DNA of 64,000 bases from an uncultured Planctomycetia bacterium (GTDB lineage: Bacteria > Omnitrophota > Gorgyraeia > Duberdicusellales > 4484-171): NCBI GenBank assembly GCA_964629655.1, contig CAZVQU010000001.1, positions 20,788-84,787 on the forward strand. The letters are read 5' to 3'. The notes under the pieces are model-generated. The model worked only from the letters and a program-made list of their open reading frames with translations. It ran no database searches and was not told the DNA's origin. Every line of letters starts with the position of its first letter. Position 1 is the first letter of the stretch. Below, in pieces: positions 39,597-49,325 of the stretch. A program made the translations under genes and the position numbers.

Positions 39597-41629
39597 TTAT
39601 TCACATTCATAGATATGGGTATCCTGATATCATAATACTCCTGCAGGTTAAAACCATCAAATTGGATAACGTCTCCTGTTTGATAATGTTTCTCGCAACC
39701 TTTGGAAGATTCTCCCTCATTAGCTACATTATCGCGCAATATTTCATACACCTTTTCTTTCACGCGTGAAGAAATAAAAACATCCACCGGATTATCAGGA
39801 ATCGAAAAAAATATTTCATCGTCAGCAACTGCTGTAATGTCAAAGATGATTTTTATTGATGATAGACATTTTTTCAAAATATAAGCAATCTTTAAGGAAA
39901 ACATTATGCTTTCGCTACGAATATAAAAATAGAATACGCTGGTTCTTAAAGAAATTATTTCGTTAACTGAATCAAAGGTTTTCTGCGCAAAAATATCCGA
40001 AGCTATCAACGTATCCATATGCGATGACCAAAGATGCCTATTCTCATATGCCCAAAGGTAATGGAATCTCTCTCCCGCAGAATTATATAACTTAATATTA
40101 AAATCATAAATAGTCGGACTAAACCCCTTATCCTTCAAGTAAGAATAGATAGACGCGGTTTCGTATTGAGGTAAATCGATTCTTGCCGGAGGAACGACGA
40201 TCAATGCTACTGCATTAGCATCCTCGCCCTTCCTGAATCCTGCCTGGTTAACAATCACATTCTTAATCGCTAAATTCGACAGGATAAAAATCATTTCACG
40301 CACCCTTTTAATTCTCTCTTCTGGCCCTATGCCATTTTCGTCCACATAAAAACCTAAACCTTCCTTTAACCCCTGCTCGTTAATCCCAAAATCTTTAAGA
40401 TGAGTGCCGACATAAGAATTGTTCATAATCGAGAAAGAAGACACATTAGTAACTGTTGTGATATATTCCTTATTCTCCTTTATCGCCTTGGCTGTCTCAC
40501 TAAAATCATCTCGAGTCTCTGAAGGAAAACCTACAATAACATTAACATCAGTCATAATTCCTGCCTGATGGGTTAGCTTTATTATTCTCTTTGCGTCAGA
40601 TGAATCATAAAATTTGTTCATTTTTTTAAGAATTCTATCAGAAAAACTCTCAACCCCATAGCATAGAGAAAAACATCCTGCCTTTTTCATTTTTTTGAGA
40701 AGTTCAAATGTCATATCTTTTCTTATCATTGCATAGCTACCCCATGCGATATCCAATTTCGATTCAATGATACGGTCGCAGAGTGCTTCTAAATGTTTCA
40801 AATCTCCATTACAAGCCAAGTCGCAAAAAGAAAAAGCATTTCTCTTGTTTTCCTCTATGTGATATTTGAATTCTTCAACTATCCTTTCCGGAGATTTGAC
40901 ACGAAATTGTCCGCACATTAAATGATCTATACAAAAAACACATCTTCCTACGCAGCCACGAGTAATTAATATCGGGATAAAACTATTTTTATACTCTTCT
41001 AATTTAAAATCAGTACATTTTGGAAAGGGCAAACTGTCTATATTATCTATACAATAAGGTGTCGCGGGTTTAAAAAACTTATCTCTATCTGTAATTAACC
41101 CTTTTATTCCTTCAAAACTATCAGATTCTCTACTAAGTATTTTCTCTAAAGCCTCTTCTCCTTCGCCGACAACAATAATATCTATACTAGGGATATCTTC
41201 CTTGAATATAAGTCTCCTATCAATATCCCAAAAACAACCGGTTCCTCCGAAAATAATTTTTTTTCTTTTATCCTTTTTCTTAATCAGTGTTGCTATTCTT
41301 CCAGCAACACCTATGCTTGAAATATTTACAGAAAAACCGATATACTTAGCATCATACGACAATATCTCATCAACCAAGCTATCAATCTCCCGACTAAATG
41401 CCTTACAGACATTCCTGGTTATTTCAGGAATGGGCATAAAGTTAATATTGCAAATTTCCCAGAAAATACGCTTTTTTTTATCAGCTTTATGATAAAGCCT
41501 TAAATTAAAATCAATAATTTTAGGATTGAGACTCCTGCATCTTAAATACTCGGCGATATAAGCCAGCCCTAAAGGGGGCATGCTGGGTTCCCAAGGCGGA
41601 GGCATTACAAGAATAATATCTGCTGACAT
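39593..41629 (-). CDS. B12-binding radical SAM protein with an additional C-terminal B12-binding-like domain
   Basis: 678 aa: B12 domain (KIIFGGTGCFWDID...IVVGEGEE), TRGCVGRCVFC, then a C-terminal region of about 250 aa whose start (LPQYETASIYSYLKDKGFSPTIYDFNIKLY) resembles the B12-rSAM N-terminus. Confidence 0.7.
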   Translation of the reverse strand: MSADIILVMPPPWEPSMPPLGLAYIAEYLRCRSLNPKIIDFNLRLYHKADKKKRIFWEICNINFMPIPEITRNVCKAFSREIDSLVDEILSYDAKYIGFSVNISSIGVAGRIATLIKKKDKRKKIIFGGTGCFWDIDRRLIFKEDIPSIDIIVVGEGEEALEKILSRESDSFEGIKGLITDRDKFFKPATPYCIDNIDSLPFPKCTDFKLEEYKNSFIPILITRGCVGRCVFCIDHLMCGQFRVKSPERIVEEFKYHIEENKRNAFSFCDLACNGDLKHLEALCDRIIESKLDIAWGSYAMIRKDMTFELLKKMKKAGCFSLCYGVESFSDRILKKMNKFYDSSDAKRIIKLTHQAGIMTDVNVIVGFPSETRDDFSETAKAIKENKEYITTVTNVSSFSIMNNSYVGTHLKDFGINEQGLKEGLGFYVDENGIGPEERIKRVREMIFILSNLAIKNVIVNQAGFRKGEDANAVALIVVPPARIDLPQYETASIYSYLKDKGFSPTIYDFNIKLYNSAGERFHYLWAYENRHLWSSHMDTLIASDIFAQKTFDSVNEIISLRTSVFYFYIRSESIMFSLKIAYILKKCLSSIKIIFDITAVADDEIFFSIPDNPVDVFISSRVKEKVYEILRDNVANEGESSKGCEKHYQTGDVIQFDGFNLQEYYDIRIPISMNVNK

Positions 41630-41635
41630 TTTATA

Positions 41636-43033
41636 TTAACTATTAATTTTTATTTCTCCGTCGAAATACAAATATTTACCCGAGAAATATCTTTTATTAT
41701 CCGCTTTGTAGCATTTCAAAACTCTGGCATTAAAAATAGTTGAAGTATTCAATACAGCCATACGGTATCCTTCCTTTTGTGCTTTATCGCACAATGATAC
41801 TCGTGGCAGCTCCTTGATAGCATCAGCTTCAATTTTAACCGTATTTACAACTTTATTATCCTCCTCAAAAAGAGTTGGCCAATCATGGTCAAATAACGAA
41901 GGGGCAATACCCCTGGCCCCGTTGCTGGATGACCACCGATTATACTCCTCCCTTAACATAATATTAACTTGCTGTTCACCTTCAATTAACACTTGTCGCA
42001 AAAATTCAATTTCTATTTTTATTCCTATTATTTCTTTTCCCTTTAATTCTATCTCCCAGGTTTGGATTATAGGCAATGACTGCCACTTTCCCTTGAGCGT
42101 CATCTTCTTATCGTTTATCTTACTGACCTGCCAATCGGCATGTTCTGAATCCTGCCACGAGCTATCAGTAAAAATAGATACGTATAACCCAAAACCACTA
42201 GTTACTCTAAAGCCTTTTGAAAAAATACTCCCTTTGCCTTTATCAAAATAAAAACACAGCTTTTCATTTCTTAAAGTATATCTTTCAAATTCATCAAAAA
42301 TAGTTTTAGAAGGATAAATGTAGGCAATGGGTTTATTTAAATCGTGTATTTTGGATACAAAACTATTGAAATCTCTAGCTAAAACCAGTAATCGACGACT
42401 TCTAACCGAATCAAAACAGTGTTTCCTGTGGCAACAACCACCATAAGAAGGATAGTTGAGGGTAAACGCCTCCGAGCAAGACATCACAGTTGTAATTTCA
42501 TTTACCAAGCCAATGTTTTCACGCAAGAAATTAACTGTTTTATCACGATCAAGTTGCTCCTCTAAAGGATGCCCGAAAACTAAATTTATACCGACATCAA
42601 TCCCTGCGCTCCGGTATGCCTTTAATGCACTTAAAACGTCCCTTGTGGTAAATATCGCTCCTATTTTACTAAGTAAATTATCTGAAGCGCTAAATAACTC
42701 AACGATCACCTTCTTGCATCCTGCTTGTTTCATCCGCACTATAGAATCCGGTTTTATGCCAGGGTTTATTATCGCCGGAGCTGACCATTCTATGCGCATT
42801 TTTTTTTGCACAATAGCACGACAAAACTTGTCTAACTCCTCGATATCCAAATTACAAAAATCCACAAATTCAAACTTATCAATTCTATATTTTGTTAAAT
42901 AATATTTGATTTCGGATAAAAAGTGCTTGCAAGATTTAAGCTCTACTTTTAAATCGTGCCGTAAAGCACAAAGCTTATGCCAACATTCATTCCCTGTAGA
43001 ATGCTTTACATTCTCAGGCCAAACATCTTTCAT
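41636..43033 (-). CDS. Radical SAM-like domain lacking the CxxxCxxC cluster motif, fused to a C-terminal W-rich beta-domain (putative non-catalytic paralog or decaying gene)
   Basis: 465 aa. The N-terminal 200 aa align with the post-motif half of the B12-rSAM paralogs (RIEWSAP...MKQAGCKKVIVELFSASD) but carry no Cys triad and no B12 domain. The C-terminal 200 aa match the repeat on Wzt (GFGLYVSIFTDSSWQDSEHADWQV...WQSLPIIQTWEIE). Confidence 0.5.
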   Translation of the reverse strand: MKDVWPENVKHSTGNECWHKLCALRHDLKVELKSCKHFLSEIKYYLTKYRIDKFEFVDFCNLDIEELDKFCRAIVQKKMRIEWSAPAIINPGIKPDSIVRMKQAGCKKVIVELFSASDNLLSKIGAIFTTRDVLSALKAYRSAGIDVGINLVFGHPLEEQLDRDKTVNFLRENIGLVNEITTVMSCSEAFTLNYPSYGGCCHRKHCFDSVRSRRLLVLARDFNSFVSKIHDLNKPIAYIYPSKTIFDEFERYTLRNEKLCFYFDKGKGSIFSKGFRVTSGFGLYVSIFTDSSWQDSEHADWQVSKINDKKMTLKGKWQSLPIIQTWEIELKGKEIIGIKIEIEFLRQVLIEGEQQVNIMLREEYNRWSSSNGARGIAPSLFDHDWPTLFEEDNKVVNTVKIEADAIKELPRVSLCDKAQKEGYRMAVLNTSTIFNARVLKCYKADNKRYFSGKYLYFDGEIKINS

Positions 43034-43038
43034 ATTTA

Positions 43039-46000
43039 CTATTTAACTCCGGTTTGCAATTGACTATGCATTTTTTTGTTATGTATCAAATTATCACATT
43101 CTTTTATACACCCTATCTCTTTGAAATAAACATCCTCTTTAGATAGATGTTTTGCTTTAGCTCTAAACTTATCGTATGCCGAAGAATACCAAATCTCTTT
43201 AAAAGATTTTTCGTTTATATTACCCATTATTTTCTTAACCCCCCGACAGCAAGGCACAATGCTTCCGTCAGCCAAAATTCTTGTAAAAGTCCAACCAGAA
43301 TAGCAGGGAATTTTATTTATGGCTGACTTATCATATTCTCCTTTTTTAAAGTCCTCTTGAGGTGCAGACAACCTTCTTAAAAATCCTTCAAAAAACTCAA
43401 GGCAAATATTATCTTTTTTGCTTCTTTTTTCGATTTCCAAAGCTTTTCTAAGCAGCTGCTCCTTTTCTGCCAGGTCTAAGGAAAAAACATCTGTTTGATG
43501 CAAAAACACATCAGCAAAGGTAAAATAAAGCGCGTCTGCCCCATACCGGCGCCCGATATCATACATTCCTTCGAAATCCTGAAAATTATTATCCATGATC
43601 ACATTAGCAAAAGTGAGACGAGGCTTATGCTTTCTGATTTCTTTTAAATAAACCAGATTTTCCATTAACTTCTCAAAATATGCAGGTGTAGTCCCGGGGT
43701 GAACTTTGCCATAAACCTGAGGACTAGACGCCCAGATGCTTACACACAATTCTTCCAGATTCAAATCAACAAGTTCTTCTATCTCTTTTTTAGAAACCAA
43801 ACCGAAATTTGTAGTTATAGCTACCTGTAATTGTTTTTCCCGAGCGAATTCCACAGCTTCCATAAGGTTTTTATGCATAAAAGGCTCTCCTCCGCCGGTA
43901 AACCTAATTATTTTTGTGCCTAAAAAAGCTAAGTCTTCTATCAACTTAAAAAGCGCATCTTTTGATAATTCCTTTTCCAGCCAATCACAAGAAGGTTTAT
44001 CTTTGTTTAGTAATGGCGAATAAAGCCAGCACGATACGCATCTTAAGTTACACTTATTAGTAGGGTCGATTACTGCCTGCTGAGGGCCTGTGAAAGCTTT
44101 TCTTCCATGGGCAATTCCTGCAATAACAGGATCCTTGTGGTACTTCAGGTAGATTTTCTTATTTTGTGGTTTTATCCTGCGCGCAATTTTTAGCATATAA
44201 GCTATACCCTTAAGCAAACTCTTCTCCGGGAAGCTCAACATCAACAGCCTATTATGCATCCAGGTATTTCTGCCTATATCATCACAGCTTTTATAACAAC
44301 CGGCTTCTTTTATCTTAGGATCGTTGCCGATAAGTCTGAAAAACGGATCATCTTTCTTGCAAGCCAATGTCTTTTTCCTGAAATATTCCTGCTTTTGTGA
44401 ATTCCATATCTCAAAAAACCTATTTAGGTATAAAGATCCTGTGGGGATCCGATGGGCTTTAAGGCAAGAGTGAACTTCCCCGTTAGGAATTACCCTCGCG
44501 AAAAGCCAACCAATATAACAAGGCATACTGTCAATAATATTGCGGTCATACTTTGCCTGCTTTGCATCATGAGACACTGAGATTCTCCGTAAGAACTGGT
44601 CAAACTGAAAAATTAACACGCCGCTTTTCTTAAATTTATTTTGCCTATCTAATCCGGATTGAATTTCGATACAGGAACTCTGCAGATGCTTAAGCTGTGC
44701 TTCGTTTAAAGAAAGAGTATCCGTAACCCCGGGCATAGTATCAACCACGGTAAACTCCAAAGACTCGGCCTTAATTTCCCCGGCAAATTCAACCATCTCC
44801 CTAACTTCAAAATAATTCATGTTAAAAATAACATTGTAAAGCTTAATATAAGGCTTATCCTTTTTTCGACCATTAAGATAATTTAGATTCTCCTTTATCT
44901 TGTAAAAATCCCGGCTACTGCGGCCGGGGTGAGTTTTTACGTAAGTATCCGCCGTTGCTGCCCAGGTACTTACAGTAAGGAAATCTACCCCTATACTTAT
45001 AAGCTGATCCAGCCTTTCTTGATTAAGCAGAGTAAAATTAGTATTAACGTGGCAGGTTAAATTCTTCTTTTTCGTATATTCCAAAATTTCCATAATCTGA
45101 GGATGCATAAACGGCTCACCGCTTCCTGAATAATAGACTTCTACTGCGCCCATACAAGATATCTCATCAAGGAGCTCTCTAACTAGCGCCAACGGTAAAT
45201 ATTGTTTTTTCTTCTCTTCAGAGAGTCGCGGTGTCTTAAAAAAAGGGGAATTACACCAACATGCAATACAAGTATTATTGCAATTATTGGTTAAGTCTAT
45301 CTGGACATGGAACGGACCTTTGTAGCCATGTTTTCTATCATATATGCCTAAAATCTCTAGATATCTGTCTTTTAAATTCCCAGGGATTATATTGTATATA
45401 ATCCGTTTAATTGTTTCTTTAACCCCGTCTCTTGAAGCGCAATTCTTAAACGTTCTAAAATACGATATCTTTTTTTTCTTCCCCTTCGCCGGCGCCCTCC
45501 CCTTTTTTGTATTCTTAGAAGCATCTTTTCCGGCAAATTCCTTCATTGTTTTTTCAATTCCTAAATTCATACCCCAGTTATCACAACTTTTGATACAATT
45601 CAGCTTAGAAAAGTATTTATCACTTTTCGGCAAATTCTTGGCTTTGAATCTAAATTCTTCATACAAAGAAGAATGCCATATCCTGGAAAAATCCGTTTTA
45701 TAAAGATTACCTAAAGGTAATTCCGCTGCCTTACAGCAGGGGATAACACTTCCGTCAGTCAAAACACGTGCATAATACCATCCCATATAGCATGAAACGG
45801 CGTTAACCTGTTTCTCGTATATGCCCTTTTCTAAGTCAGAACAAAACAACCTCCTTAAAAAAGAGCCTATTCCCAATATATTTAATAACTTTACACTAAT
45901 TGCCGCTTTATTATCTAAGCAATTAACCTTCTCTATACAGCTTCCACAGGCTTGGCTCTTAAGCTTATACCAAAAAACAGCGGGATGAGTATCTTTGGTA

Positions 46001-46938
46001 GAGGTAGATTCAGATACGATAATTCTTTTATCGCTTATCTCGCAGCCTTTTTTACAGGTCAAAGAATTACTGTATTGGGAAGCATGAAAATCTTCTTGAT
46101 AGTCTTTCCAAATTTTACCAAAATCAAGAAATTCTTCTTTTGTAAATTCATCTAACGCAGTCCGGAGTGGTGCATTAAAAGGTACTAAATCGCTCCTTTG
46201 CCTTACCCTCTCCAGCTGCCTTGCTATTTCCTCTCTATCCGTCTCTGTAAGCGACAATATATCGGTTTTACCATAAATAATATCTACAACTTGAAACTCT
46301 ATTGAGTCACCGTCTACCCGCTTAGCGAATTCAACCATCCCCTCAATATCATTAGAATTTTTGCTACAAATTACATTATACAGTTTAAGATGCGGTTTCA
46401 GAAAGCCACGCTTTTTCTTATAGAAAGACAGCCTCGTTAAATTGTCCGCGACTTTCTCAAAATCTGCTTCAACTTTCCCGGGATGAGTCAAAATGTATGT
46501 TGCAGGATTTCCAGCCCATATACTTGCTGTGATCAGATCAACTTTAGATTTAACAAGCAGCTCGGCTATTTCTTCATTAATAGACGCTGCGCTGGTAATT
46601 ATATTTAAATATATGTCTTTCGATTTAATTATGCGTATTACCTCTTTTATCTCCGGGTACAAAAAAGGTTCTCCTGAACCGGATAAAATTATCTCCCGGG
46701 TTCCCATGCTATATAAATCCTTTATCAGCTTTTTAACCATCCGAAACGGGAGCTGTTTCCCGCCTTTTGCAAAAACCTCCTTGCTTCTGACTAAAGGCGA
46801 GTGGATCCAGCACCCAATACAGGTATTATTGCATTTATCGGTTAAGTCTATCTGAACAATATGGGGCCCACGAAATGCTTTCTTCCCATTTCCAATACCA
46901 TCGGATATTCTTTTCCACATATCGAGATTTTTCTTCAT
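43039..46938 (-). CDS. Triple-module radical SAM/SPASM protein (three tandem rSAM-SPASM units in one polypeptide)
   Basis: 1299 aa with three motif sets: IDLTDKCNNTCIGCW / SGSGEPFLYPE / CYMGWYYARVLTDGSVIPCC; IDLTNNCNNTCIACW / SGSGEPFMHPQ / CYIGWLFARVIPNGEVHSC; IDPTNKCNLRCVSCW / TGGGEPFMHKN / CYSGWTFTRILADGSIVPCC. Confidence 0.8.
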   Translation of the reverse strand: MKKNLDMWKRISDGIGNGKKAFRGPHIVQIDLTDKCNNTCIGCWIHSPLVRSKEVFAKGGKQLPFRMVKKLIKDLYSMGTREIILSGSGEPFLYPEIKEVIRIIKSKDIYLNIITSAASINEEIAELLVKSKVDLITASIWAGNPATYILTHPGKVEADFEKVADNLTRLSFYKKKRGFLKPHLKLYNVICSKNSNDIEGMVEFAKRVDGDSIEFQVVDIIYGKTDILSLTETDREEIARQLERVRQRSDLVPFNAPLRTALDEFTKEEFLDFGKIWKDYQEDFHASQYSNSLTCKKGCEISDKRIIVSESTSTKDTHPAVFWYKLKSQACGSCIEKVNCLDNKAAISVKLLNILGIGSFLRRLFCSDLEKGIYEKQVNAVSCYMGWYYARVLTDGSVIPCCKAAELPLGNLYKTDFSRIWHSSLYEEFRFKAKNLPKSDKYFSKLNCIKSCDNWGMNLGIEKTMKEFAGKDASKNTKKGRAPAKGKKKKISYFRTFKNCASRDGVKETIKRIIYNIIPGNLKDRYLEILGIYDRKHGYKGPFHVQIDLTNNCNNTCIACWCNSPFFKTPRLSEEKKKQYLPLALVRELLDEISCMGAVEVYYSGSGEPFMHPQIMEILEYTKKKNLTCHVNTNFTLLNQERLDQLISIGVDFLTVSTWAATADTYVKTHPGRSSRDFYKIKENLNYLNGRKKDKPYIKLYNVIFNMNYFEVREMVEFAGEIKAESLEFTVVDTMPGVTDTLSLNEAQLKHLQSSCIEIQSGLDRQNKFKKSGVLIFQFDQFLRRISVSHDAKQAKYDRNIIDSMPCYIGWLFARVIPNGEVHSCLKAHRIPTGSLYLNRFFEIWNSQKQEYFRKKTLACKKDDPFFRLIGNDPKIKEAGCYKSCDDIGRNTWMHNRLLMLSFPEKSLLKGIAYMLKIARRIKPQNKKIYLKYHKDPVIAGIAHGRKAFTGPQQAVIDPTNKCNLRCVSCWLYSPLLNKDKPSCDWLEKELSKDALFKLIEDLAFLGTKIIRFTGGGEPFMHKNLMEAVEFAREKQLQVAITTNFGLVSKKEIEELVDLNLEELCVSIWASSPQVYGKVHPGTTPAYFEKLMENLVYLKEIRKHKPRLTFANVIMDNNFQDFEGMYDIGRRYGADALYFTFADVFLHQTDVFSLDLAEKEQLLRKALEIEKRSKKDNICLEFFEGFLRRLSAPQEDFKKGEYDKSAINKIPCYSGWTFTRILADGSIVPCCRGVKKIMGNINEKSFKEIWYSSAYDKFRAKAKHLSKEDVYFKEIGCIKECDNLIHNKKMHSQLQTGVK

Positions 46939-49325
46939 AATTTTCCTATAAACTTCTGCCGATCAAAACGAAGATAGTTCAAATAGCTCCTTGTCTTCCT
47001 AAAGGCTGTACCTAAGCCATGATTCTGCCAATATTTGAGGAATTTTTTTATATTGCCCAAGGCTCCTCTCTTCTGCCTCTGATGGTCAGCCCACAACCTA
47101 TAGGCATGCTGCTTTGCTTCTTCCAGCTCAGCCGAAGAAAGATTATCTGGTTGAAAAACGCAGCTGTTGTGGCCATCATACATAGAAAAATCTTTGGTTA
47201 AGATTTTGCCTCTTTTATCTAATTCTTCAAAAAGCGCTGTTCCCGGAAAAGGGGTAATTATAGAAAATTGCACAGAATGAGGGTCTAATTCTAAAGCGTA
47301 ATCGATAGTGCCTTTGATTGTCTCTCTGGTCTCTCCGGGAAGGCCGAAAGAAAACGTTAAATGGACATTTATTCCTAACGATTTAGTATATTTAATCACT
47401 CTTTCTGCTTTCCTTAAATCCAAGCTCTTTCCGCATCTATCCACTAATTCTTGTGAAGCACTCTCTACTCCATACTTTACCGCATGCAGACCGGCCTCTT
47501 TCATCTTATCCAGAATTTCCTCATCCATTAAATCCGCTTTCGCCATAATAGCCCAGGGAACCTTGCCCAAGCCTCTTCCTATAATTTCATCACATAGCTT
47601 TATCATCCTGTCTTTGCCTATATTGAAAGTATCATCATCAAAATATATAGATTTAAACCCCCGCTTGAGGATTAAATGTTCCATCTCACCCACCACATCA
47701 TCTACATCCCTCACCCTATAGGCCTTGCTGCCAAAAAAGGCCTGTGGCCATAAACAAAAGTTACAGCGAAAAGGACACCCTCGAGAAGCAACCATTTGAG
47801 CTGAAGGATGAGGTATATTTCCCGGCAAATCCCAATATTTCTCCATCGGGAGGCTATCTCCTCGATAAGGCCAGGGTAAAAAATCTAACTCAAAAGGTTC
47901 CCGAAAACGATTTTTAACCACATTGTTATCCTGATCTTTCCAAATAAGACCTTTTATATGGGAAAGGTCCTTTTCTCCTTGAGAAATAGCCTTAACTAAT
48001 TCAAGAAGGGTAAACTCATACTCTCCAAACAAAATAAAATCGATAAAGTCACTCTTTGCTAAAAATTCCGGTTTGCAGATTTCCGGATGCGGGCCGCATA
48101 AAATTACAGGAATATTCATCAACGATATTTTCCTTAACACTCCCATATCGTGATAAAAAGAAGGGACAGAGGTTTCAGTAACTAAAACATCAAAATCCAT
48201 CACAGATAGCTTCTCCAAGAATTTACCTTCAGGAGTTATCTCAGCAATAGCATCTATTAAACTAGCTTCAACATTATTTTTTATCAAAAGGGAAGTAGCA
48301 TAGGCGAGAAAAAATGGGAAAGGTAAGTAGTTGTTCTCGCTCCTATCTTTGATATGCGGCCAGCGGGAACCGGCCCTTACGCCCCAACTCCCTTCTTTTT
48401 GCCAAGGAAAATTGGTTAACAGCACTTTTAATTTCTTTTTTAGCTTTCTACTTTTTGTCTTTTCCTTTATTGTTGCCCTGAAACAATTTTGGCGTAAATT
48501 TTCTATTTTTTTATCTAACAAATTATCTTTTTCAAATAAGTTCATCCTTCCGGAAAAAAGGTGGTGATGTCCCGGATAATAAACGCCTTCATCCATAGGG
48601 CTTACGCACCTAAAACCGATAACATGAACATTAATATTTGAAGGTGGCTTCTGAATGAGTGCAAATACTTGCTCTTCGCTATTTTGGCACTCCAGCAACA
48701 GAGAAGGTAAAAATTCATCACCGACAGAAAACCTTGCTCCTACTAAAGAAGTAGGAATATTATCCGAGCAAAGGCCTTGCCAATGGTTACTTGGACGAGG
48801 AAAGTCTCCCTGTTGAAAATTATAAATCCAGGTTTTATACTCGGGGTTGACCTGACATATTACGCAGAAATCATCAATATCCATCCATTCTTCTATTTCA
48901 ATAGATATATCCAGATATATTTGACACCCCTCTGTTATTCTCAATACCCAAATCTGGCTTAAGGGCAATTCTTTAAAGGTCACTTTAACCTTGAAATTGT
49001 CTTTACCCATATCTAAAATTTGCCAATCTGCCTTTGTAGAATCTGTCGACAATCCCAAAGTATTAATGCCTACGTTTAAACCCGCCCCTCCAGTAACTTC
49101 AATATCATTGAAATAAATATTTATTCCGAATCCGGAATGAATTATTCTAATATTTCCTTTTGCAATAACATGCACTTTCGGTTGCTTAAGCTTAGCCTCT
49201 TTCCCCTCGGCTAAAAATTTTCTGACTAAAAAAATAAAATATTTAACTCCTCTCAAAAGAGCATAAAATAAACCACCGATTTTCAGATGCTGCCAGAATT
49301 TTCGACAGCTATTTCTAAAATTCAA
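46935..49325 (-). CDS. N-terminal W-rich beta-domain fused to a B12-binding radical SAM protein
   Basis: 796 aa. The N-terminal 290 aa (GFGINIYFND...ADWQILDMG...LSQIWVLRI...NFQQGDFPRPSNHWQGL) match the Wzt repeats; then a B12 domain (VILCGPHPEICKPEFL...ILFGEYE) and SRGCPFRCNFC. Confidence 0.75.
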   Translation of the reverse strand: MNFRNSCRKFWQHLKIGGLFYALLRGVKYFIFLVRKFLAEGKEAKLKQPKVHVIAKGNIRIIHSGFGINIYFNDIEVTGGAGLNVGINTLGLSTDSTKADWQILDMGKDNFKVKVTFKELPLSQIWVLRITEGCQIYLDISIEIEEWMDIDDFCVICQVNPEYKTWIYNFQQGDFPRPSNHWQGLCSDNIPTSLVGARFSVGDEFLPSLLLECQNSEEQVFALIQKPPSNINVHVIGFRCVSPMDEGVYYPGHHHLFSGRMNLFEKDNLLDKKIENLRQNCFRATIKEKTKSRKLKKKLKVLLTNFPWQKEGSWGVRAGSRWPHIKDRSENNYLPFPFFLAYATSLLIKNNVEASLIDAIAEITPEGKFLEKLSVMDFDVLVTETSVPSFYHDMGVLRKISLMNIPVILCGPHPEICKPEFLAKSDFIDFILFGEYEFTLLELVKAISQGEKDLSHIKGLIWKDQDNNVVKNRFREPFELDFLPWPYRGDSLPMEKYWDLPGNIPHPSAQMVASRGCPFRCNFCLWPQAFFGSKAYRVRDVDDVVGEMEHLILKRGFKSIYFDDDTFNIGKDRMIKLCDEIIGRGLGKVPWAIMAKADLMDEEILDKMKEAGLHAVKYGVESASQELVDRCGKSLDLRKAERVIKYTKSLGINVHLTFSFGLPGETRETIKGTIDYALELDPHSVQFSIITPFPGTALFEELDKRGKILTKDFSMYDGHNSCVFQPDNLSSAELEEAKQHAYRLWADHQRQKRGALGNIKKFLKYWQNHGLGTAFRKTRSYLNYLRFDRQKFIGKL

